From positions 3,286,001 to 3,350,000 of the forward strand of contig NC_092672.1 of NCBI RefSeq assembly GCF_964355755.1: 64,000 nt of DNA, in the 5' to 3' direction. The notes under the pieces are model-generated. The model saw only the letters and a program-made list of their open reading frames with translations. It was not told the origin of the DNA and searched no databases. This stretch comes from Antedon mediterranea. Lineage: Eukaryota > Animalia > Echinodermata. Positions 36,860-47,498 of the stretch are shown here, piece by piece. Within the stretch, counting starts at the first letter, position 1, and every line of letters starts with the position of its first letter. The position numbers and the translations under genes are program-made.

Positions 36860-38263
36860 TTAAATATAAATAGATTTACGAGAGTATATAATCGACAGTT
36901 CTTTGTCTTCAATTTCTTCCATAACCTCAGCGTACGTCGAATCTAAATCGCCTCCCGTATCGGACACTTGGACCGCCACTGATCTTCTCCATGATGCGTA
37001 CTGTTCTTCGCTAGGGACTGGCGGTAAAACACGATCTTTTGGTTCAAAATAAACATCTGGCTGCGGGATTTTATGACCGTTGACGTCCATAACTTCGCGA
37101 CATGCTGGTCTGAAACAAACGGGTATTACAGCAAAGAAAACGATAATAACTGAAAATATTCCTACGATCAAAAAGATAATTGCGACAGTGTTCGTTTCAA
37201 TTGACGAAAAGTTATCATCGTTGCCGCTCTCAACCGGCGTTACCTTGCCATTTCTTTTAAATTCGTCTTCTGGTGGATCAATGCCTTGAACAATTAAAAT
37301 AGATTGATCTTTTGCATAACCAGCAGTATTATAAGCAACGCACTCGATTATTGTGCCGTTCATACGAGTTCGTGGACTATACAAACGAAGGTTACGTCCA
37401 GAGGGATCGATATCGTAGAGTTCTTGCTCGATATCGGGATCAAAATGCCACGTGTGAATAAATGGTTCTGGATTTCCTGTGGAGTTGCAGAACATGTAGA
37501 CTTGATCTCCAGCCGTTGCGAACACAGGCTCAATGTGGACCGTCGGTAGAAAGTCTATTTCCAACGGACCTGCCGTACAAATTTGTACAATGTTTGTATC
37601 AAATTCTGTGGTTAACCTACATGTAAACTCTGCAAGATTATGAATTTTGGTAACTTCAAACGAAAATCGTGACTGAACAAATTCCAAATCATTATTAACA
37701 TTTATTGATCCAAAGTCTACAGGTTCTCCATTATAAAACCACTGTAAAGTGACAGAGGGCATCAAGAACTCAGCTATACAGTTTAAAATGACCCTTGACC
37801 CTTCAATAAACCGATAATCTTTGGATGATGAACTGCATTCTGGGTAATTGAGGCTTGGCTTTTGCCAAACTTCAAGTTCTGCATAATCAGATTTATAAAT
37901 TGGATAAATTGTTCCTTCTTCAAATATTGCGCATGCATATCTATTTGCATCTGAAGGTCTTGTGACGTTGAATGCGAGGATGTACCCAAAGATGTCCAGA
38001 CGAACCCTCAAGTGGTTTAAATCTACCAATAACCTGGTATTTTTTGTGATGCGTTCTTGATCCCGCATCCATCCGAGAGTCTGTCCGTCCGTCAGTTCTT
38101 GGGCTTGGCAGTACAGATTTGCTGATTCACCAACATCTACACGGATGTCGGTTGGTTCTGTTTTAAATTGTTGCATAAAAGCGCTTCCTATGTAGTTCAT
38201 AATTATAATGAAATTAAATAAAATCCAAGTTCTGTTTTTATTTTTCTGACCGCCGACTTCCAT
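36860..38263 (-). CDS. Type-I membrane Ig-superfamily adhesion protein, 3 Ig domains, 467 aa, single coding exon (IgSF-B, paralog of IgSF-A)
   Basis: AAAATGG start; hydrophobic signal WILFNFIIIMNYIGSAF; Ig1 LYC..LGW..DANRYAC; Ig2 LNC..LQW..EFTC; Ig3 MFCNSTGNP..TW..IECVAYNTAG; TM VAIIFLIVGIFSVIIVFFAVIPV; tail aligns with IgSF-A and ends SIYI. Confidence 0.94.
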   Translation of the reverse strand: MEVGGQKNKNRTWILFNFIIIMNYIGSAFMQQFKTEPTDIRVDVGESANLYCQAQELTDGQTLGWMRDQERITKNTRLLVDLNHLRVRLDIFGYILAFNVTRPSDANRYACAIFEEGTIYPIYKSDYAELEVWQKPSLNYPECSSSSKDYRFIEGSRVILNCIAEFLMPSVTLQWFYNGEPVDFGSINVNNDLEFVQSRFSFEVTKIHNLAEFTCRLTTEFDTNIVQICTAGPLEIDFLPTVHIEPVFATAGDQVYMFCNSTGNPEPFIHTWHFDPDIEQELYDIDPSGRNLRLYSPRTRMNGTIIECVAYNTAGYAKDQSILIVQGIDPPEDEFKRNGKVTPVESGNDDNFSSIETNTVAIIFLIVGIFSVIIVFFAVIPVCFRPACREVMDVNGHKIPQPDVYFEPKDRVLPPVPSEEQYASWRRSVAVQVSDTGGDLDSTYAEVMEEIEDKELSIIYSRKSIYI

Positions 38264-38834
38264 TTTTGTAATAAACGTGGCCTTAAAGTACGTAGAGTAT
38301 GAGCAACTTCAAAATGCTTTCAATGAAACTTTGCGTAAAAACAACTTCAGTTCAACCTTTCAATTCATTTCTCGGCAGTGGGCGTCTATGCAATTGTATC
38401 TGTATCCTTCTTAATTAATGTTTGTTATTAAACTTTAATGATCTTGCTAATATCTTGTTTGTGTACCATCTCACCTTTGTGTTGTTTGTTGACAATTAAT
38501 CTTTTCCAACTCACCTGAAAGAAAGATAATCGTATTTGGGTATTATGTGGAAGGCAAGCATAAACGAGAAAACAAATGAGCCTATTGTACTTTACAAGAT
38601 AGTGCTTATTTTGAAAGCCTTAAAAGGTAATCAAGTGAAATGAATTTGTGTGTTTGTTAATTTTGTGAATTATAGCTGCCTGCTTATTAGAAATCGCTCA
38701 TTAAACAGTAATGTTTTCAGTACATCCTTTAATTTCTATCTGGTCTTTAAACTGTTTACATTGTCCAGTACTTTAATTAAACGCATCTAAAATATTCCCT
38801 TGGCATTTGATTAATAAATTTAATTGCATCATAT

Positions 38835-39250
38835 GGTATGGTCATTTAGTTCTATTTAACTGATGATATTGAATGGTTCCTTATACAATGGCTGGTCACA
38901 TGTAATATAAGATTTTATAAATAATCCAACACGATTTTAAATATTTAAAATAACCTTCTATCCCAGATAGGATTGAATTTAGTCGATATTTTTGTAAAAT
39001 TACTTATTTATAATGTTTGTACTGTGGTTACCTCTAGACCATCATAAGGTATGGTCATTTAGTTCGATTCAACTGATATTGAATGGTTCCTTACAATGGC
39101 CACATGTAGTAATAATTTTGAGATTTTATAAATAATCCAACACGATTTTAAATATTTAAATATCCTTCTATCCCAGATAGGATTGAATTTAGTCGATATT
39201 ATTGTAAAATTACCTATTTATAATGTTTGTACTCTGCTTAAAACCTCTAG
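38835..39250. repeat. ~213-bp tandem duplication
   Basis: GGTATGGTCATTTAG...ACCTCTAG block starts at 38835 and again at 39048. Confidence 0.88.
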
Positions 39251-40628
39251 GCCTATACGTTTCTATAGCTGTATAATAGGTTCAAGACTTTTTGTTTAAA
39301 GTAGGGACATTTCCATATTGAATGAAGTAGTCACGTACAAAAGTAGTTCTACGATGTCAGTCCGTGATTGATTAAGATGCTATGAGAGGGATTCGTGCAA
39401 TACAACCCATATTAATGGCTAGGAAGTTAGTATGGCAACTATTAATAGTAGTATTAGACTATTTTCATCTACGACCAAATTACTATGTTCATCCTACATA
39501 ACGTTATTTGATGCAATTTTCATAATCTTTCATTTTGACTGACTATCAGGTTTTGTTAAAGGTTTCAAATTCTATAATATTCAACCCTCATTTTTTGTAA
39601 TGTAAGTTTCCATCCAATTCTAATTTTTATTTAAGAAATGATTTTTTAAGGATACAATGAACGGACTGTAATTATTAAAATTATATTGCATTATTATATT
39701 AAAGTTTATTTAATTTGAAATGATTAAAATGTCGATCAAATTAATATAAGTAATCACCAGGAAAATGAAATAATTTAACAATGCTAAATGATTTAAAATT
39801 AATTTTTAATATTAAATACCAATAATATGTTAAATTAATTGAATAAATGATCAAAAAATTGTAATAATTGAATGTTTGTAGTATGATTAAATGCCTAGAG
39901 TAAATAATGCTATCCTATCCATATTATTATACTTTGAACTACTGTAATATTTATTAATGTTCTATCTCTTCTCAAGAAATACTTTAGAATTGATTTAATG
40001 GGAATAATTTATTTAGTATGCTAAAGGGGCCAACGACATGGATTTAATTCGTCCTATACAAACATTTAAAGGGTAGATCCGGGTTTAAATGTTATAATGT
40101 TTATTATTAAATTATTGAATGTTGATAATATAAACCCAATTTTTCAGGCGGTAAAGTAGAACAGGAATGGTGAAATAATCTCCTGTTATTAAAAAATGAT
40201 GCTACAGAACTTTTTCATTGGGTTATCAGCTTTTTATAAGATCTACACAAAACTCAGCAAAAATAAAGTAATTGGTAATTTAATAGGAATGATTCAACCC
40301 CTGACCGTATAATTTTTAAAATGATATTTTGATTCATAACATTTTATCAAAATCAAATATAATTTATTTCTATTATGAAAAAAAACAAACCGTCAAATCA
40401 AACCATCAAACTGGTACTGTTATCTGGATTGTGTTATTAATTATTCACACATTGAAATATCAATTTAGCATTTACACATTCCAGTTTTGATACTATCAAA
40501 TATAGGCCTAGATTTGAATTTTACAAATAAAATTTCTACTTTCTTATTATCTTTATTTGTGGTACATAATACTACCAGTACCAACATTGTTAAAAAACTT
40601 CATATTGTTACTTATTTACTGAACTTAC

Positions 40629-40980
40629 CTCTGTTTGGGAATATCAACTGTAAAACTTCATTGTTACAATTGAATTCACTAAAACTTGATAAATAGTGAT
40701 CAAGTATACTATAACATTAGAAACTATTGTCGGTGTCGTGTAAACAAATTTCCTTTTGAAGTATTTCCTTTTTGATATCCGTATAGTTTTTTTTTCTGAT
40801 TAAATAGGATGCAGATCCGACTGCGGACTGTACTCATTCACACGTCTCATCTCATCTCACTGTTTGACTATAGTGTACAGCACATGTAGCGTGTGCTGGC
40901 TGCTGTGGAAGTTACTCATGCATATTAAATTAGCACTTAATGAATATTCATGAGCAGGATGGTTTTAGCTCACACATAAG
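40629..40980 (-). promoter_or_regulatory. Predicted non-coding exon 1 and promoter of IgSF-B (upper bound approximate)
   Basis: Minus-strand GAG|GTAAGT donor at 40629/40628 can pair with acceptor TCTTTTCTTTCAG at 38515/38514; GC-richer unique block at 40800-40980. Confidence 0.48.
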
Positions 40981-43900
40981 TGGGTTTTTTTAAAGTTCAC
41001 TACTGTCTACTACTATTTATCATAGACACTTTAACTTTTCACTGTAATTCAACAACTAGTGAGCAAAATACATAAATAAAAAACAAATTAAGGAATATTT
41101 TTTTAGCTCTTCAACCAAGTCATGATAGATTACTGTACTAATCTCAACTGCCTGTTTGTAAATTTCTGTTCTTCATTTTTCAAGATATTTTTACACACTG
41201 TGTAATTGTCTTGCTCTTTCATAGGCAATAATAAATATTAAAACGAACAATTTAGAAACAGTGTATTTATTATTTTGTTTAGAGAAACATTTTAAAGTAC
41301 ACAATAAGACCATCCACACATGTGTTAGCGACATTCTATCGTGGTATTGAAACCCTGTCTCATCAATCGAAGATCGTCAATGCGCAAAAAGTTCTCTATC
41401 TATATTATACTATATTATTAATATGGAAATGTTGTTACCACTGATGAATGAATAGAGATGAGTCACTAACTTTAGTTTAAGTTTACAGTATCCTATTAGA
41501 ATGTATACATTATTTTATAGAAGGTAGTCTGTATTCACATGATACAGTATTATTACACAAGCAAGTAATATACAGTATATCCTCTATTAAGGGGACGCCT
41601 TCAGGACAAAGCTGTATTTCTTTTGTTATGTATACTATTGTGTTATGCTGAAATAAAAGATTATTGAAAGTGTCTGAATAGGAGAATTGGCTGTAGTGCA
41701 GTACCTCTTGTTCAGTAAAGTGTCCCATTAATAGAGGTTCCCCATGAACAGGGCTTGGTTGTAGTATTAAAAACATTTATTGCCTTTGTTCATTCTAAAG
41801 GAGATTATGTCCCCTTAATAGAGTCTCCCCGTGAATAAGGGGTGTGCCATAAATAAGGATGTCCCAATGTTGGATTTCTAATGTACAAACACATGTTTTG
41901 TCATCATTTTGCCAAGAACAGGCCAATTATAAAGACTTACAATTTTGGAGCACGATGACTAGATCGTATCAAACATACAGTAGCTCATCGAAAAACCATT
42001 TTGATATTTAAAGCAGTAGCTGGAAATGACATTGATTTTAATTATCAGAAACCTAATAATATATTTCAAGTGCTTCGGAGATGATACAAATATATGTCAA
42101 GCTGTTCTTTGCATTCCCCGACAATTATGGTTATCTTTTCTTTATATTTAATAGGCAAGCAGCCACATTTGTTTTCATTTATCTGACAGGTTATGTCGCC
42201 GGCTTCATCCGCTCATATAGCTTGTATCTCATTTTTAACTTTTCTCCAATTTATTTTAAGTTTATGATAGAGAAAAATAATTGTGTTGTCAGTATTTTAA
42301 GCCTAATTTAAATACAAATATATTTTACTTTAGGGGGAAAAAGAGAAAGGAAATGAATGAAGCAGTAGTAATGATGTAGTAGTATGAGAAATACGCAGAA
42401 AACAGGCTAACTGTGAATTGCATTTAATGAAAAGTCATGTTATCACCCGTGCTTTTATTTCATGCAATTATGCTAATATCAAATGGTACTTTAGGATTTG
42501 TTCAATTACAATTGTTAATGTAATCAAGTAACTAACTTGTAGAAAGGTTTTAAAACGTTTTTTCAAAGTTAACAAAATTAACTACTTTCCTGTGTTTTTT
42601 AGAGCCCAACCCAGATTAATAAATGGCAAATATGTTTATATTTTATTCATTCATTTATTCTTTATTTCATAATCATTATACATATAAAAATATAACATAA
42701 TAAAAACTCTTTACATACACAACTATACAAAAAGAATACAATGAATACCTCATCCCGAAATCCATCCCTACTCCTGTTTATCTCATTTACCATTGTACCC
42801 CGCCCCAGACTAGATCTATTTTGTGCTCACTTCCTAACAAAAACATTGACGTAAGATTTTTTATATTATTGTTTAATAGGAATCTAATTTAGCGTATGGG
42901 TTTATGTGTTAACATATTGTGTTGCATTACCAGGTTAAACAGACTGTTATGTAAGCATGGGTGAACTAGAAAACAAGTGTGCTTTGTACATATTATATGC
43001 CAGGACAATGATGACAAATATTATGAAATACAGTATATTTTTTAGGTGAAATATATCCTGTATTTTCTTTACACCTCTTTGGAATGATATACTGTTACCA
43101 AGTACCATACTTGTATTTTTTAATATTCACTATCACGGTACAAAATTCTCTATTTTTTTGTACCCAAAATTTATATATACACCAGCGTTGGTGCAATTTG
43201 GTATTTTAGGATTGTATTTTGGTTTTGTGGAAGTTGCTTATATTGTTATTGTTATTAAATTTTCCTGTTGAAATTGTTTCTCTTTTTGTTTTTTGTATGA
43301 TTTGGATGTACTATCCGAAATAAAGAAAATTAATGAATATATATGTTTTAACAATGACACAACATAGAATGTCAGAAGTATAATTTTCCCAATTTTTGTA
43401 ATAATCATAACTTTCTGTATGCTTTTACTGTGGCTGTTACTTACTTGGTAGATGATTGATTGATTGATTGATTGATTTTATAACTGATAATAAAATATAT
43501 AAGTTTAAACAAATTAGCCTGTTGTAAAATTTGTCAATATACAAAGGCATATAAATGAAGATATTTAATAAATAGCCCAAAATTATTGACATTGAATGGG
43601 CTAGTCCTGAACCGAACCACTGTTTATACGTTTCCTATATCAATAATTCAATTATATTGAATTTCAGTAGTCATTATCTGCACATTACAAGAACATTAAA
43701 ATCTCCATAAGGTGTAATTAAATAGATAATTACAAATAAAATTATGCAAATAATCCGGTCTTTGAGATATGGTTCAATACACGCAGAAAAAGGTGACAAA
43801 TAATAGCAGATGAAATCAGTGTGTGCTAGTTAAAGTCTCGTAGGCGACGTTTTGCGCCGATCTCGAGGGACGTTATTGTATTAACCAAACACCTAGGCAG

Positions 43901-44209
43901 TACTTGGATGTGAACATTATGATGAAACTGTAGCTGTTTGTTTGTTGCTGAGAAAGAAACTAGATGGACTTCCTTCAGCCTTAAGGAATAGAAATCTGGT
44001 TTACTGACTCCGTCGAGTGAATTAAATGTTTTATCTGCTTGTCTGCTTTGCATTATGAATGGTTAGAAGAATTTGAAGCTCTCGGGGATAGAGTGCGTGC
44101 GCGAGCATCCTTCATATTTATACTGTAATAAATAAATAAATTTAAAATGATTTTTAAATCCTTATTAATGATTTTAAAATTGTCATTTAAATTTAGTAGT
44201 GTACTACTA

Positions 44210-44695
44210 TTTTTGCTCAGTCTTTGCTCAGTTAGCATTTACTCGGTCAGCAGTTGCTCAGTTGCATTTACTTGGGTCAGTAGTTGCTCAGTTAATATTT
44301 ATTCTTGTTAGCAGTTGGGTAGTCAGCAGTTGCTCAGTTAGTATTTACACAGTCAGCAGTTGCTCAGTTAATAGTATTTAGTCAGGTCAGCAGTTGCTCA
44401 GTCAGCAGTTGCTTAGTTAGTATTTACTTGGTAAAGCAGTTACTGAGTCAGTAGTTACTCGGTCAGCAGTTGCTCAGTCAGCAGTTGCTCAGTTAGTATT
44501 TACTCGGTCAGTAGTTACTCTGTAGTCAGTTTACTCAGTCAGCATTTACTTGTTTAGCATAGCAGTTGCTCAGTCTGCATTTGCTCAGTTAGCTTTTGCT
44601 CAGTTAGCATTTGCTCGGTTAGCAGTTACTCAGTCAACAGTTGCTCAGTCTGTATTTGCTCAGCCATGTTTGCTCAGTCCGTATCTCAGTCACTA
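44210..44695. repeat. Degenerate ~15-bp simple repeat (GTCAGCAGTTGCTCA)n
   Basis: Many tandem variants of the motif. Confidence 0.85.
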
Positions 44696-45904
44696 CCAAC
44701 ATATCTTAATGTCTTTTATGTAATTTTACGATGTGCCTAATTAATATTAATCACTGTACATTTATTTGTACTATGTAGTAAACAGTAAACACAACATACA
44801 TCACCCAGTCACCATTTTCTCAATCAACATTTGCTTCTACAAACATACAGTACTTTTTATTAAATTTCTTAATTCCAATTTCTGTGTTTAGGTTTAAAAA
44901 CAGAAAAGGTACTGTATGTGTAATGAAAATCATGACAGTACCAGTAAACATAAGGACATATTACAGTTTAGTAGTATAATAATAAAAGGTGTCAAATTAG
45001 TCATTTAACAAAGCTTCTAATCACCACCTATAAAATTTAATAACAATAACATTTTGATGATTATAGTGTTACTTTTAACTATGACTTATAAAAAAAACAA
45101 AATCAATGGTATAATCTATTCATTACCATGGATTAGGTATTTAAACTCTTTGTAGCTATTTTCCCTTTGTTATTATAAACAAAACAAAATCAATGTTTTA
45201 ATAAACAATAGAATATCGCTATTATTATATTGTATTAAAGTTTGTAAATAACTGTATCCCCTAGAAAAGAAAGTACACTTGTCAATTATATAGTTATTGT
45301 TGATATTATTGTATCGACATTGGCAAAACTAACAGAACGATGTTTTTACGCACAATTCTCTGTTACTATATAAATACTTGTTCTATAGGATCAGTCCCTG
45401 GCCATTGTTTTGTTCTCGTCAATTTGCCCAGTCGTGCTATTCACAGGTGCTTAACACCAAACGCTGATAAAACACTCAAGCTGAAAATCAATGCCTAAAG
45501 TAAAGGCAGTGCGTTGTTTCACGCCCTGTTTACTCAGATCGTATGTTCCCAGGCTCCCATACTCTACAAATTCAATGAAAACCATTGATTCCAGACCATT
45601 GGATCAAAGTATGATACGCACAAACTGTGATATTAAACTTTGCTGCTGAATAGGTTTCCATAGAATCTTCTACCTTTCCCTTGGGAATGTTGTTAGCCAC
45701 CAAATTTATAATTTTTAATGAGAACTTTCGTGATACTATATTGAATCAATTTAATATGTGATGATAATATATAGTAATACATAACTTCATAACCAAAGCA
45801 AGTATAATATTATAGTATAACCTCTAGTAAGGGGACACCGTCAGGACCACTGGATAGAGATTGCCCGTAGTGTTAAAACACTAATGTATTACCCCTTGTT
45901 TCGA

Positions 45905-46287
45905 TTTGATTGATATGGTCGTTTTTTCCATGTTCCGTGACTTGCTATCTTTATTATTCAATTGTCATCATATTCGCTATATGCCATGCAGCTGTACTTT
46001 TTTCTGTTCTTTTTTTATTTTTTATTCCAACTTTTATCTACTGGTTTTATATATATTTTGTATTTCTTTATTGTCTAATTAATTTATTTTCTTTATTTAT
46101 ATATTTTTTTTTTTTTTTTTTTTCTTCTCTTATTTAAATATTTTGTAAAGGCAATCCCGTCACAAGATTGTAATCTTTTTGGGATTTGCCTTCGTCCATT
46201 TTCTTGTTTTATCACTTGCCATTTTGTTTTTGTTACTTTTGTCTTTTGGACGTGAATAAATGTTCCTTGAATTGAATTGAATTGAAT
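45905..46287 (+). mobile_element. LINE 3' end with stem-loop and (TTGAA)n tail
   Basis: T-rich 3' UTR, hairpin AAGGCAATCCC..GGGATTTGCCTT, AATAAA and GAATT repeats; near-identical inverted copy at 58414-58652. Confidence 0.75.
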
Positions 46288-46634
46288 TGTTTGTTTAAAA
46301 AAGTGTCCCCTTAATAGGAGCGTCCCACTATTGTTTGTATGTTGTTGGGTTTTTTTCTTCAATTTGTAACAAAATAATAATGTTTACCTCTTATTTTTTA
46401 ATGTAAAAAGTGTTGAATGTGTTTTAAAGCAGTATTAATGTTAGTTCTTGACTTCTTGCTTGAATTTCTAGGTCAAACGTTATAAGGTATTTCATTTTCA
46501 GTAGACATTTCTACTAAGTACGCTTTTACGTAAAACGAATAAGGCGCACAATATATACATGATTTTAACTATTCAGAGGTCAGTTTGTTGGGTCATGAAG
46601 ATGTCCCCTTAAATAGAGGTTCAGTATAACAAAG

Positions 46635-46975
46635 AATAAACAAAAAAGCATGAATGTTCGATACTCGGGGTGGTACAGCAAATGAAGCTGTAATGACGTC
46701 ATAAGACGGGATGTGACGTCACATACACATCAATAACCTACCAAATACGGCTATATGGTACCATCTTCGAGACGTCATATTGTTGCATCCGGTTTAAAAA
46801 TAAAGCTCTATAGCTTTGAGGACATGTGCCTGTAGTATATTCATGCCAGATCCCAGCTCAATACTACAACGAATAAGGGAGGAGTAGTACTTTAAAAATC
46901 GCACTTTTTACTCAATAGTGTCCAGATGGAGGAAGAAGAGGAGAAAATGATAAGTCCTAGTACCCCGAGTAACAA
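46635..46975 (-). mobile_element. Short Helentron-associated (HINE-like) element
   Basis: Sub-terminal inverted repeat TACTCGGGGT (about 46663) / ACCCCGAGTA (about 46962) with A-rich ends. Confidence 0.5.
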
Positions 46976-47016
46976 TATACAGTGTCTAATATAGATTTCT
47001 TTAATTTTATTTTCAG

Positions 47017-47082
47017 TCGAAGAAAAGAGGTCTCAGTTTGGAGGAGAAAAGGACCAGGATGATGGAGATATTTTTTGAAAAG
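47017..47082 (+). CDS. MND1: MND1 coding exon 2 (SKKRGLSLEEKRTRMMEIFFEK)
   Basis: TTTCAG| ... |GTTTGA; matches the conserved MND1 N-terminus (M)SKKKGLS.EEKRTRMMEIF. Confidence 0.95.
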
Positions 47083-47181
47083 GTTTGATGACATAAATCA
47101 AATTATATTTGAGATATTAATAGTCAATTCCTGCATAGAGTACATCCTGTAATGTAGCTAGAGAAGTAGGGAAAGAAAGAA

Positions 47182-47498
47182 AGATGTATTGTTCCCCCAA
47201 AAACTTGAAAAATTAAGATTATTAACAAAGACTTAATATTATTCACTTCTGTAGAAAAAAATAAATAAAGTAAATAATGTTTTCACTTTAAAAAAAAACA
47301 TATTAAAAATGGTTAAATTCAACCAAAAACCCATTGACTTCTAACTATAGTCAATTTGACTATGTTTTGCTTTAAATTATGTCAGTTTTTTTAGGTAAAT
47401 AAATTGGTTTTCAATCCAATTTTTGGTCCAAGTGAATTATGTGACATTATAGTAAACATATTTTTAAAAAAAATGTTTGTCAGGGGGACAATATATCT
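47182..47498 (-). mobile_element. Degenerate Kolobok-like MITE, reverse orientation
   Basis: AGATGTATTGTTCCCC...GGGGGACAATATATCT. Confidence 0.7.
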
